DNA of 64,000 bases, taken from the NCBI RefSeq assembly GCF_001194135.2, contig NC_069008.1, positions 12,576,412 to 12,640,411 on the forward strand, read 5' to 3'. Below are positions 12,398 to 25,143 of this stretch, piece after piece (position 1 is the first letter of the stretch; every line of letters starts with the position of its first letter). Source of the stretch: Octopus bimaculoides. Its lineage: Eukaryota. The notes under the pieces were generated by a model. That model had not been told where the DNA came from. It did no database searches and saw only the letters and a program-made list of their open reading frames with translations. Both the position numbers and the translations under genes were made by a program.

Positions 12398-12769
12398 TAA
12401 CCACATCACTGTGGTAAATTGTTCTCTTAATATATGATTGCTTAACAGAAATAAAGTCATACAAGAAAGAAGCCATATTCATACAAAGAGAAAACATATT
12501 AGCATAACTTTGGGAAATCTTTCTTTCGAAGGATTCATTCAACAAAACATGTAGGTATTCATATACTACAATAACTATGTCACTGTGAAAATTCAAATCT
12601 ACGATGATGGTTTAAATAAATGACAAATTTATTTTGTATTGTTTTTAATGTCTTTATTTCCTGTTAGTTTCCAAATTCACTTTGTTGCTTACTCTGAGTT
12701 ATTTTTCTTAGCTCCTTTGTTTTTTTTATTGTATTTATATGTCTGCATCAAGAAATAACTTGACAGAAA

Positions 12770-12965
12770 CCCTATGTTTTGTATCTGGCAGTTGCTGTAC
12801 AAGCTAGGGATAGATGAATGAATGATGAGAACCATCCAAGTCATGTACTGTAGTGCAGTCTGTAAGGTTAGGGTCAGTAATGTGAATAGCAATGAATTTA
12901 GTGTGCAGGTAGGAGCTCACCAGGGATCAGTTCTTAGCCCCTTCTTATTTATCTTAGTCCTTAAT
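12770..12965 (+). mobile_element. RTE reverse-transcriptase fragment in ZNF-2 3' flank
   Basis: Encodes FSVQVGAHQGSVLSPFLFILVL (RT motif B region). Confidence 0.75.
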
Positions 12966-14199
12966 GCAATAGGAAAAGTGTTTAACATTTTTGTTAGCAA
13001 AATGCCCAAATCTGGCTGAAAATTTTCTTGGCAAACGGCACCAAAACGGTTATAATAACCTAGTCATATTTAAATATAAATTTTAGTGCAAATTTCAGTA
13101 CTTTCATGGAAATGTTATTTCACTCCATAAACAATTGAGTTAGAGTATCTGACATTATTTGGTATGATATCTGACCTCTGTGAATTTTTGGAGATTTTCA
13201 TGAAAGAAATGAATCACTTAGCTAACTAAATTTACACTAAATGAAAATGTGAATTATCTTTATTTTCATATATAACATATAAACGTATATCTTTTAGAAA
13301 ATAGTCATTTTATAAGATTATGCTGGCAATTTCTAATATATGATAAATATTTATTTACATGAAAGAAAATTACCAGAGAACTTTCTAATTCTTTCAAATC
13401 TTTCTGCTAAAACTGTATTGAAACCATTTGTGGGCAATTTTCTTTTTATTTAATGATAGCACACCTATGTGAGGGCCTATTTATCAGTAACTGAGATGAC
13501 TGAACATCAATATTCATTCAGGATATTTGGAAGGTTCATTGTTCGAAGGTGTATTTGATCTTCACTCCATGCACAGCATTTAATCGTTGTGTAAGATGGT
13601 TGTTGAGTGTGAATAGTCATTACAACGGTGTGAACGAGGTCATCAGTTTTTGTGGTTTGGTCGGAGTCACCAGTTTTTGTTTGAAGGTCTAGGGTCCCCC
13701 TTGGTTTTACTAAAGAGTGCTGTAAGCACGAACACGAATCACATACGCATCTCTACACATATACACACTCTTGTTTATTGAAACCACTCACAAATAAAAA
13801 CACCAGTCATACAGTATTTAAATTACTTCAATTAAATTAATGATATTGGTGCTGACAGTGACGACGAAAATTATTCTACAGTGCTTCCCTCCAGCTTTTG
13901 CAAAAAGTGCAATGGCGAGCTTAAATCCCAAGGCAAGAGCTGCAAGGACAGGAGTTGAAGTGAAAGTAAGAAACAGTTTAAAAAGGAACTGACATGATGC
14001 TTGTAAATGTCGGTGCTTATACATTGCTTTTCTATTCTATAATTTTCATAATTTTTATTTCTTTTCCAACATGCCTTCACATTTCTGTTATCGCACTTCT
14101 GTTACACAATGGTCTGGCTAGACTTTGCATTGACGGTCTGTTGAAGGGGAGAAAAACAAAGTAAAATAAATTTTTAAAATTCAAAGGTTTTGATTCATG

Positions 14200-15900
14200 C
14201 GACGAGAAGACCCGCATGGTTAAACGATTTTGTCACACTCTACCAGCCTTTGTCCTCTCATTCCCTATCTACTCCATCACATTCTAGGGGAGTTAACTCG
14301 TATCCCCATCTCTTCATCACTTCTTCCAACGTCAGATTTGGCTGGTATTAGTCCTGCTCGTCCCTTTATAACAAGCCCGCCGCCATCACATCCTGTCCTG
14401 AAGCCCATCGCCAGCATTAACGCCCTTCATCCAGCTCCCATCTCGATCGCTAACCTTCCCCACGTCTCCTGTTACAGCCAGCCTACCTGCATCACCTCCT
14501 GCACGTCACCCGAGTCCCATCACCAGAATTAATGTTGTTCACTCAGCTACGCCCTCTATCTCCAGGTCTGACATCCTTAGTAGGACAGAACCTTGCTCTG
14601 ATGTCCAGATCCCTGTTAAGTTTTTTGCCGCCGCCTTCCAGGGCTCGAAACTGCAGAAGAATGTCTGCCTATCCAACAACACCTCGGATTGACAGAAACT
14701 GTTCCTATTCCCTTTTGTCTCCCTCAACGTGATGAATGGGAATAGTGGATCCCTCACTTCTTCCCTGAAACGGCAGTTCAAGCTTTCCGAATTTACCCCA
14801 ACCACTGTTCATTTCAGGTGAGTGATCAACTCAACCCCAAACAATAGTCGACCACCTAATTTAAAGAAGGCTGTTAATGCCAAATTCAGTGAATTTGACA
14901 TTAAAGAGGGGCTGTTCGCTGTCTTTCCTCTCTAACCTTCCTTGTCCCGTGTATCACAGATTCCTTCAACCAACTGAAAGAGATACATCCTCTGGCCCTT
15001 CCAGATGATCACCTACATTGGCCCGGCCTAACAAGTTCTCTACAACCTATCTTCACCCCTGAAAATGTCAGAAGGGCAACTGCTTCTTTTCCAGCAGGTT
15101 CTGGCGCTGTGATCGATGGTTTACGACCTTAGCATCTCAAGGATGGTATCTACCTGTCAGCTGGTGATGTTAGGCCTCTGAACTCTTGGAGAACCTAACA
15201 CAGTTCATAAACTTGTTCTCATCTGAGAATGTCCTTGTCAACATTCGTCTACTCTTCTATGAGGCCAAATTAGTTGGTCTCACCAAGCTCAGCTATGACC
15301 TCTGCGCCATAGCAGTTGATTGTACTCTGCGATGGCTCAATAAAAATGTCTGTCCGAGGAATTTTCCCCTATTCGGCTAGGAGTGGGTACTAAGCTAAAT
15401 TGTGAGCCTGTTGCTCATGCCACCAGGGCTTTCATCAACTTGTCCTTTGAGTCTCCAAAGATCATGCTCAAACTAGACCGTAATTTTATCAGTCAGGACA
15501 TCCACACAGTAATGGAGAATTCCCCCACTGCTTTATCATTTTGCTTGGCAAGCCTATTGGGACAGAGTATGGGACAATCTGTGTCGAGGTGTCACTTTCA
15601 ACTCTCTCTTTGATCAATCTGATCAATTTTCAAGGTGTTGCCTGCTTTCAGCTAGTGCAAAATTTTCGGGGGATTGGATCGATGCCCTGCTTGTGGCCAA
15701 CATTAGAAGTCTACTCAATCTTGAAATCTGCATCTCTGTAGCAATCAGAGTGGGCGCTTACATATATAGGGGACTGGGATGCTGCTGTAGTAGGCCCCTC
15801 GACCCCACAGGTATTCACAGTCTGTCTTTCTACCTAAAAGGTGGTTGCTTCGCTCGTCACACCGAGCTAAACCTAATTATTAAGTGGGCATTCTTATTTT
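14200..15900 (+). mobile_element. CRE-like (RLE-type) non-LTR retrotransposon relic
   Basis: Fragments AIAVDCTLRWL (cf. RPIAVG.TLRRL), LGVGTKLNCEPVAHATRA (cf. QLGVG..GG.EA.VHA.R) and ARHTELNLIIKWA (C-terminal RH..LN..I motif), with many stops. Confidence 0.55.
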
Positions 15901-16899
15901 TCTTGCTTTTTTCCTGAAGTCAAATTTATTAAACAGAAATGATACGCTAATGAGTTGGAGCTTCAGAATATAAGTTTTACTTGGTTATACTTTATTTTCA
16001 GTATCATTACACTTAATTGGATATGACTCCCTAAAAATATCTATACATACACATCTATTGACGTATTTCCAATTAGCCCAGTGTCTCAATCCAGGCTTGA
16101 ATGAATGACGGGAGACGACAAGTGTATGATGTTTAAATGTAATTCGCTGTTACATCCGTTCTCACGAAACTGCAGTAGTTGTCAGTCAAAGGTGACATAC
16201 TGCACGTGATAAACGGGTGATTTCTTTACAGCGTTTGTCATTGCTTTCTGACATTATGGAAGTCTTGTTACAGAAGTATTAGCTACGTTTGTATGAGATA
16301 CATATCTTTATTGAAATAAACAAACCCCTTCGTTTTACCCAAGGTTAATGTAGATGCTCGTACAGCGACAGAGCATTAAATTAAGGTAATATGCGAAACT
16401 GCAATCAGTATCTGTAGGGGGAATAATATTCGTAATGTTCGTTTTCCTACTTTAATAAATGTACCATTTTAAAAATATTTAATTACATCATCATTCATTC
16501 ATCACTATACTCCACTAAATATAGTGAAGACTACATATTATGCTAGTTGTATTTTACAATCAATCAATGAAATCAGTTATTACTTTTTTCCACAGATGGC
16601 TAAAGTACTTATATTTTTCCATTGTGTCATTCAACTGGAGCTAAGATTTTGCAGCACAACTTTAAACAACGAAATGGGTTAAACGAAACATACTAAAACG
16701 GAAATATATTAAATTCCACTATCATTTTTATTTGGAATAAAATCTTAACAATTCCAATACATTTAGCAGTGGTACCTTGCATATTTCAAGTTAATTGCTT
16801 GAGATATAATACTTGTGTATTTTCCTTTGAGCTTCAAAAACAAAGTACGTTTCACCATTTGTGTTTCCGAGTCGAATTTTATAACTTCTGTTGTGAAAA

Positions 16900-16992
16900 T
16901 TTACTTTAATGAAATGGCATCGTGAAATATGTTCTGTTGTAATTCAAGCTATTTCACTAAAAACACAGATTTCTGTAGCATAACAGGTAAGA
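16900..16992 (+). promoter_or_regulatory. Candidate small non-coding exon and donor for ZNF-3
   Basis: ACACAGATTTCTGTAGCATAACAG|GTAAGA with intron starting at 16987; acceptor at 19341; homologous to 25060-25143 and 45497-45574. Confidence 0.55.
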
Positions 16993-17851
16993 TATAATAA
17001 TACAGTTATTTTAGTAAAAGCGGTTGAACGTGTATAATTTAAAACCTTTTGATGTTGCTTGTCAGACATGAATTTTATTTCTATCCTCCACCGCTGTGTC
17101 TAAAATCAATGAATTAAACAGATTGAGACGTAACTACACAAGTATGAAAAATGATATTTAAAAATAAAACCTTTTAAATGTTGTACATTACGATATTCTC
17201 GGAATTTGATGTGTGGGCGAAAAATAAAGATTGAATTTCGTTACTTTCACCCTCACGATTTTTACTAAGAAAAAAAGAAACTCTCATTTTTTGCGTGGTA
17301 TCAAGTATCCTAACCTTCTATTACGCCGCAAACCCCCAGGGCTAATGCAATTTTGCACCTTTCTTTGAAAAATGCATTTTTGAAAAAATAGTTTTTTCGT
17401 ATCCCTATGTTTAAGATATCAGAGATTACGAATATGCAAAAAAAAATTTCAAATTTTACCCTCCCCCCACTCGAAAATGCATTTTTTAATGAAAAAATTT
17501 TTTACAGATTCCCACATTTTTAGATAATGTCTCAATCTGTGTATTGAACCCCTTTTTTGGGGGTGGGGGGGTGGAACCCTCAGAAATTTAACCCGCTCTT
17601 CCCAGAATCATTGGAAAATACTTTTNNNNNNNNNNCTTTTTTGTCTGGAAAACGGGGTGAGGTGGGGTGGAACACCTGGAAGTTCCATCCCTCTCCCCCC
17701 ATAATTTCACAGAAAATTTTTTGGCACGAGGGTCAATACTTGTCGACAATAGCACTCTTCCTTTTAGACATAACAGCCAAATCTCCCTAGCCACACTGCA
17801 ATGTCTTCATTGAGCAAAACGTACCCGTACGATATTCTTTTGTATGTGTAC

Positions 17852-17883
<32 letters not shown>

Positions 17884-18602
17884 ATATATGCCATAAAAAC
17901 CCATGTAATTTGCGCACCTGTGTAATTTATGCAGGTGATTTTCTGGATAAACATTTGTTAAAAAAAGCTTCTGTTCATGTAAAATTCACACCCAAAAGTT
18001 TTCAGAATTGCTGATATGGCCAGGGGAAAAAGCTTTCAATTTAGTTGTATTTAGCATAATTTCACTTACTTATGATTAGATTTTATTAAATTTTCATTAA
18101 ATAAAAACAATTTCTGTTTAACAGGTATCATATTAAAAGCTATTAAATTACACAGTGTTTGTGTTGTTTATTATAAACTTTATTTTATATTTCTTGCCCA
18201 CAAGAGATTATGTCCGATCTTTAGCATACTGCTGTATGTCTCCTCAAATCATGATCACGGGAAAAGTTGTTATGAATTATCAACAAAAACAAAGCTGATA
18301 AATGCGCACAGGTGTTGTTCAGGTGTTTAATTACCAATAAACATTAATGGTTTTAGTAATCCACTGTACTATGGATTTGTATGTGTGTTTGTGTGAGAGA
18401 GAGAGAGTTCCACTTACACATACATGCGAAGAAATACATACATGACAACACACACACCTTCACTCACACATACACGTCTGTCAGCCAGCTGGCTTTGTAT
18501 GTATATATATATACATGCATGCAAAAAAATACATGTATGACATCACACACACACACATATATATATATATAAATTCATATAACCACACACACACACATAT
18601 AT

Positions 18603-18890
18603 ATCATCGTCGTTTAACGTCCGCTTTCCATGCTAGCATGGGTTGGACGATTTGACTGAGGACTGGTGAAACCAGATGGCTACACCAGGCTCCAATCTGA
18701 TTTGGTAGAGTTTCTACAGCTGGATGCCCTTCCTAACGCCGACTCCGAGAGTGTAGTGGGTGTTTTACGTGCCACCGGCACGAAGGCCAGTCAGGCGGTA
18801 CTGGCAATGGCCACGCTCAAAATGGTGTATTTTACATGCCACCTGCACAGGAGCCAGTCCATCGGCGCTGGCAATGATCTCGCTCGAATG
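18603..18890 (-). mobile_element. RTE 3'UTR / RTE-tailed short element
   Basis: Same family as 8230-8510. Confidence 0.75.
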
Positions 18891-19146
18891 TCATATATAT
18901 ATATATAAATTCATATACCCACACACACACAGACATATATAATATATGTGTGTGTCTATGTAGATATAGATATATATACAAGTTTCCAAACCTGTTGTCT
19001 CTCTGGAAAATCACTCCAAGGCTTTGGGTGATCCAGGGTTAATAATGTAATAATATAGGGAACAGCTGCCTTATGCACCACACAGTGGAACTGAAACTCA
19101 CACACATAGGTGGCAAGCAAGCCTCTTCACCATAGACCCATGCCTG

Positions 19147-19180
<34 letters not shown>

Positions 19181-19725
19181 ACACACTATCATATAGATCT
19201 TGAAACTAGAGGGAAACAGTTCAGTTGTACAGGTAAATGTCTAGTTCTACAGTTTATCTCTATAAGAAATATACAAAAATTTCCACTCTTGTATTTTCAG
19301 TAACCCTTGTACCTTATACTCTTGTTTTTCTACTATTTCAGAATAACAATCAGCATCGAAAAAGTTTTCTTGCATCTTAAACTCTCAAGGAAAATGTTAT
19401 ACAAATCTATACCAAATGACAAGCAAATATTTTTTGTATACTGAGATTGATTGCAATAACTGTTTTCTTAACTGTCTGGAATGTAACCAACATGACTTTG
19501 CATTTGAGTTAAACTTGCACAGATTTAAAAAGGAGTTTACAACTGAATCCATGTATTGACAGAAATCACAGAAGAAGAAATATTTATTAGGAATAAAATA
19601 TAGAAATGTAAAGAAGATACACATCTCTATATTGCCATGAGAAAAGAAAAAGAATGCAAGATGGATGATGTGTGAATAAGTTTCAATATAAAACACAGTT
19701 TAAAAGAATTGATTTACATAGTGAC

Positions 19726-21099
19726 ATGAATAAAGAGAAAAGGAAAAAATTATACCACTGTGATATTTGTGGGAAATTACTCTGTGACAGTCGTACATTA
19801 ATAACACACAAATACATTCATACTGGAGAGAAACCATATAACTGTGATGTTTGCGGTAAATCATTTGTTCATCAGTCTAGCTTCAGAAGACACAAACGTA
19901 TTATTCATAGAGGAGAGAAACCACATCACTGTGATATCTGTGGTAGATCATTCTCTCAAAATCAAAATCTAATTGAACACAAACGTGTTATTCATACTGG
20001 AGAGAGACCATATCACTGTGATATTTGTGGGAAATCTTACCCTCTCAATTATTACTTAAATAAACACAAATGTTTTCATACAGAACAGAAACCATTTTAT
20101 TGTAATATCTGTGGTAAATCATTCTCTGAAACTAGTTACTTAGCTAGACACAAACGTATTCATTCAGGAGAGAAACCACATCACTGTGATATCTGTGGTA
20201 GATCATTCTTACGAAATCAACATCTAACTAAACACATACGAAGTCATACAGGAGAGAAGCCATATCACTGTGACATCTGTGGTAAATCATTCTCTCAAAA
20301 TCATCATCTAACTGAACACAAACGTATTATTCATACAGGAGAGAGACCCTATCTCTGTGATGTTTGTGGGCATTCATTTTCCTTCAATCATTTCTTAACT
20401 AAACACAAACGTATTCATACAGAAGAGAAACCGTTTTATTGCAATATTTGTGCTAAATCATTCTCTGAAAATAGTGAACTTCTATCACACAAGCATATTT
20501 GCACAGGAAAGAAGCCATACCTCTGTGATATCTGTGGTAAATCATTCTCTCTTAATCATAACTTAACTCAACACAAACGTATACATACAGGTGAGAAGCT
20601 ATATCATTGTGATATCTGTGGTAAATCATATTTTGATAATTATCACCTAACTGAACACAAACGAATTCATACAGGGGAGAAGCCATATCATTGTGATATT
20701 TGTGGTAAATCATTTACTGGAAGTGGTAACTTTGCGACACACAAACGTGTTCACACAGGAGTGAAACGTTATTGCTGTGATATTTGTGGTAAACCATTCT
20801 CTGAAAGCAGCAGCGTAACAGTTCACAAGCGTATTCACACAGGAGAGAAACCTTATCGCTGTGAAATCTGTGGTAGATCATTCAATCAAAATCAGCATCT
20901 GATTGACCACAAACGTACACATACAGGAGAAAGACCATATTGCTGTAATATCTGCGGCAAGTCATTCCTTCGACGTGGTGAAGTAACTATTCACAAACTC
21001 ATGCACACAGGAGAGAAACCATATCATTGTGACATCTGTGGCAAATCTTTCTATGTAAAGAGCCGCTTGACTAAACACAAACATATTCACACGAGGTAG
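19726..21099 (+). CDS. ZNF-3: C2H2 zinc-finger protein, 16 fingers; close paralog of ZNF-2
   Basis: ATG at 19726; in-frame TGA at 19666; shares the [22 protein letters not shown] and terminal LRRGE/FYVKS fingers with ZNF-2. Confidence 0.93.
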   Translation: MNKEKRKKLYHCDICGKLLCDSRTLITHKYIHTGEKPYNCDVCGKSFVHQSSFRRHKRIIHRGEKPHHCDICGRSFSQNQNLIEHKRVIHTGERPYHCDICGKSYPLNYYLNKHKCFHTEQKPFYCNICGKSFSETSYLARHKRIHSGEKPHHCDICGRSFLRNQHLTKHIRSHTGEKPYHCDICGKSFSQNHHLTEHKRIIHTGERPYLCDVCGHSFSFNHFLTKHKRIHTEEKPFYCNICAKSFSENSELLSHKHICTGKKPYLCDICGKSFSLNHNLTQHKRIHTGEKLYHCDICGKSYFDNYHLTEHKRIHTGEKPYHCDICGKSFTGSGNFATHKRVHTGVKRYCCDICGKPFSESSSVTVHKRIHTGEKPYRCEICGRSFNQNQHLIDHKRTHTGERPYCCNICGKSFLRRGEVTIHKLMHTGEKPYHCDICGKSFYVKSRLTKHKHIHTR

Positions 21100-21394
21100 T
21101 AACCACATCACTGTGGTAAATTGTTCTCTTAATATATGATTGCTTAACAGAAATAAAGTCATACAAGAAAGAAGCTATATTCATACAAGGAGAAACCATA
21201 TTAGCATATCTTTAGCAAATCATTCTTTCGAAGGATTCATTTAATAAAACATGTAGGTATTCATATACTACAATAACTATGTCAATAATGGTTTAAATAA
21301 ATGATGAATTGATTTTGTTTTGTTTTTTAAGATAACTTTATTTCCATTTTTTGTCCAAATTCATTCTACTGCTTACTCTGAGTTACTTCTTTTA

Positions 21395-21775
21395 ACTCTT
21401 TACTCTTTTACTTGTTTCAGTCATTTGACTGTGGCCATGCTGGAGCACCGCCTTTTAGTCAAGCTAATTGACCCCAGGACTTATTCTTTGTAAGCCTAGT
21501 ACTTATTCTATCGGTCTCTTTAGCCGAACCGCTAAGTTACGGGGGATGCAAACACACCAGCATCGGTTGTCAAGCGATGTTGGGGGGACAAACACAGACA
21601 CACAAACATATACGATGGGCTTCTTTCAGTTTCCGTCTACCAAATCCACTCACAAGGCTTTGGTCAGCTCGAGGCTATAGTAGAAGAGACTTGCCCAAGG
21701 TGCCACACAGTGGGACTGAACCCGGAACCATGTGGTTGGTAAGCAAGCTACTTACCACACAGCCACTCCTACGCC
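21395..21775 (-). mobile_element. tRNA-derived SINE family A, full length
   Basis: Reverse complement of 10171-10534; absent from the homologous ZNF-2 flank at about 12700-12720, so it inserted after the duplication. Confidence 0.85.
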
Positions 21776-21824
21776 TTTGGTTTTTTTTTATTGTATCTGT
21801 GTCAGCATGGAGAAATAACTTGAC

Positions 21825-22010
21825 AGAAGCCCTATGTTTTGTATCTGGCAGTTGCTGTACAATTTAGGGATAGATGAATGACTGATGAGAACCATCGAAG
21901 CCATGTACTGTGGTGTGTCTGTAAGGTGACAGTCAGTAATATGAATAGCAACGAATTCAGTGTGCAGGTAGGAGCTCACCAGGGCTCAGTACTCAGCCCC
22001 TTATTTATCT
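21825..22010 (+). mobile_element. RTE RT fragment in ZNF-3 3' flank
   Basis: Paralogous to 12770-12965 (VGAHQGSVLSPLF). Confidence 0.75.
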
Positions 22011-22299
22011 TTTATTCCGAAAGTGTCAAAATCCAGCTCAAAATTTTCATGGCAAAGGCACCGAAATGACCATAATAACTTAGTCATATTTAAATGAGAA
22101 TTTTGCTGCAAATTTCAATACATTCATGAAAACGTGATTTCACCACGTAAACAATTCAGATACAGTAGCTGACATTATTTGGTGTGATATCTGACCTCTG
22201 TGAATTTTTGGAGATTTTTTTCAAAGATTGGAACAAAAGTCTGTGAACTGGTTCTCTTACAAATGTTTCTGAAGAGACTCCACCTAGCCACAGTCATTC

Positions 22300-22955
22300 C
22301 CAGGAGGCAAAACCTTAGACTATCTATTTTTCCTCCTATCTTGTTTGAAGCAATCACTTCGTAAAATAATTGTTATGGAGAAATAATCCAATGGCAGATC
22401 GGAAACTTGCTGGCTATTGCATACAGAGACAGAAGGTAAATCAGTTTTCTATCTACCTGTGCACAGTCACATGTAGATAAAAATGGCACTTCATTTGTGA
22501 ACCTCAATTGTAACAAGTACATGAGAGATGGAGATCAGCTAAATCAGGTGAGCTATTACCAGGTTTACTAATTAGGAAATAAATGATGATGATACTTGAT
22601 ACAGTAAATATAAGTATTGTTAATGCATTTATACTGTATACCAAATCAGGAGAGGCTCAAAAGTGGTGCAACCATCTGCAGTTCCAAGCAGATGTGGCAA
22701 CGCAATTGACAGCTGGTTTTCATTCCAAAATAAATAAACTGATGGGAGAAAAAGTAAAGCCTGCCAGAGGGACAGCCCTCTAACTTTAGCCGATATCCAT
22801 AAATTAGAGAAAATCAAGAGTCATAACGGCAGTGTCATAAATGTCTTCATCAAAATTGGAAAGGTCTCAGTGGACAGGCTGTTGCAGCGGATTTCGAATG
22901 TGCATTCTGCAAACTTGCATTATGTAGAGTGGGGTGCTTTACAAGGTACCATGAT
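22300..22955 (+). mobile_element. piggyBac-like transposase C-terminal relic
   Basis: NKYMRDGDQLNQ (cf. YN..MGGVD..DQ), IVNAFILY, and Cys-rich FECAFCKLALCRVGCFTRYHD*. Confidence 0.7.
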
Positions 22956-23178
22956 TGAAACATTGTGTGATGTATATATATATATATACATCATTTGATG
23001 TTATAAATCTTTATTTTTTTAAATTTACCTCGTTTTTATTATATATTTATCAGTAAGGTGAGTGACAAATTTTGATCAGTTTGCATTGTGAAACAAGAAA
23101 ACTAGATGTATTCTATGAAAATGAAAAAAACACAAACTGAAACTGAAGCACACAAAAAAAAAAAAAAAGTAGAACATA

Positions 23179-23365
23179 ATGGTACAAATAACAATAACAA
23201 AAAACAATAACACTCCATTACCTACACATAATAATTGTGATTGTAGAGACCCTAACACATGGAAGTTAGACAGAGATTGTGAAAGAAAGAATGTAGTATA
23301 CCAAGCAACAATCATAACACAGGATTTTTCAAAATATCATTATATCGGATCAACACAAAGTTGTT
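23179..23365 (+). mobile_element. Penelope-like GIY-YIG endonuclease fragment
   Basis: NCDCRDPNTWKLDRDCERKNVVYQATII...YHYIGST fits the C.C...C....VVY.A......YIG.T pattern of Penelope-like elements. Confidence 0.6.
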
Positions 23366-23366
23366 A

Positions 23367-23684
23367 CTGAATGGCACAAGGAATATTCTAGTGAAGCTGA
23401 ACATCTTATCTGGCCACCAACAGTCTCCAGATCTCAATATTATTGAACATTTACGGTGCATTTTAGAAAAACAAGTAAGGAGTTGATATCCTCCACCATC
23501 ATCACTACAAGAACTAGAGACTGAAGAATGGACAAAAATTCCTTTGGAAACAATTCTAACTTTGTACAAGTCCATACCTCGTAGAATTCAAGCTGTAATT
23601 ACTGCCAAAGGTGGTCCTACCCCATAGTAAAATAAGTTTGTTTGAAATTTTAAGGCGTTTCCATCATTTTGTCCAACCCCTGTA
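23367..23684 (+). mobile_element. Tc1-like transposon 3' end
   Basis: WPP/QSPDLNIIEHL motif; terminus ttttgtccaacccctg followed by TA. Confidence 0.75.
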
Positions 23685-23827
23685 TGTATGTATGTATATA
23701 TATATAATATATATAAATTTAAATAATAAGGGTGAAAAATTGAATATTAATTTGAGTAATATCAATTTAAAACCAGTGGCCTAGCAAATAGAAAAATCTG
23801 AAGATTCAGAAAAATTATGTTACATAT

Positions 23828-24026
23828 ATATAAGAGGGATGACCACTAAATGGACATCCCTTTTGCTAGAAGAAGACCACCTACGAAAAGATTGTTCTCA
23901 AGAAAATTCAGCAAACACCAGCTGTTTGCTGAATTTTCTTCAGAACAATCTTTTCTCAGTGGTCAGACCGTAGGTGGTATTCTTCTAGCAAAAGGGATGT
24001 CCACTTGGTGGTCATCCCTCTTATAT
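23828..24026. repeat. About 200-bp foldback palindrome (MITE-like)
   Basis: Arms of about 90 bp pair around a ccagc loop; one arm has a 14-nt insertion. Confidence 0.85.
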
Positions 24027-24323
24027 GTATGTAATATATATGTGTGTGTGTGTTTGTTTGTCTATGTAGCCTGTGCCCCTCCACTGCCAGTATATAGTGT
24101 ATCTGCCTATATACACACACATTAGAATATTCGGACTTACACTTATAGGTGTGTACCTGCGTAATTATATGTATAAGAATACCTATATGTGTATAAGTGT
24201 AGGTACCTCCTTTTAATTATATGCATATAGGTGTATGTATACGTATGTGCAGGGGTATATGTATATATGAGTACACATGTGAATCTATGTATTTATTTAT
24301 GTATATGCACGTATATAATCAGA

Positions 24324-24509
24324 GGTAATTTTTCAGATTAACACCCGCACGAATACCTGAACCTAACCCTAATCCTAACCGTAACCCTAACACTAACCCT
24401 AAACCCTAACCCTTACCCTAACCCTTACCCTAACCCTGACGCTAAAACCGTAACCCTTACCCTAACACCCTAGTGAAAATCGTGCGGGTGTTAATCTGAA
24501 AAAATTACC
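24324..24509. mobile_element. MITE with 29-bp TIRs and internal (CCCTAA)n telomere-like repeats
   Basis: TIR GGTAATTTTTCAGATTAACACCCGCACGA at both ends (one extra A on the right); interior of degenerate CCCTAA units; no TSD seen. Confidence 0.8.
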
Positions 24510-25059
24510 AAATTTATTGCTTGTGTTTCTCACCCCCAATCTGGTTATCGTGGATAATCTACATATTTCATTGGCATTCAAATGCAACTAAACTTTCACA
24601 ACACAACTTACAGTACCGACATGGAGAAAACGAAACGTACTACAATCTCTGTACGTTGCCACTTTGTGTCCTCATTCTTACTTTTGAGAATCACATTTCA
24701 AGTGAGAATCATACTTCGTTTGTATTTTGTGCTCATTTAAAGCTAGATCCCTACTTCATTCTTGTTCAGAAACATATTCAGAATCAAATTACATTGTATC
24801 TTTCTACATTGTTCTGCGACCGTCAGACATTACAGTTGGAGAAATTTACAGAATTACATTATTGTTTTGATTTGAAATAAAATTTAAACAATTCTAGTAT
24901 ATTTAACAACGACGTTTCACATATTTCAAGTAAAGTTTTTTTTTTTTTAGAAATAATACTTATGTATTTTTCTAGGATCATATAAGCAAAAGTGAGTACA
25001 TTTCGCCACCTCTTTCCGAGTCTATTTTTATAATTTCCTTTATGAAAGGTCACTTAGTG

Positions 25060-25143
25060 TTGAATGGTGTCATGAAATTGTCATTTTGTGTAATTCCTGA
25101 TATTTCACAAGAAACACAGATTTTTGTAGCATAACAGGTAAGA
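25060..25143 (+). promoter_or_regulatory. Candidate small non-coding exon and donor for ZNF-4
   Basis: ACACAGATTTTTGTAGCATAACAG|GTAAGA with intron starting at 25138; acceptor TTTCAG ending 28966. Confidence 0.55.

Noticed and set aside
24360-24470. Interstitial telomere or chromosome-fusion scar
   Set aside because: The repeats are short, degenerate and enclosed by TIRs with a second copy at 7200, so a mobile element explains them better.
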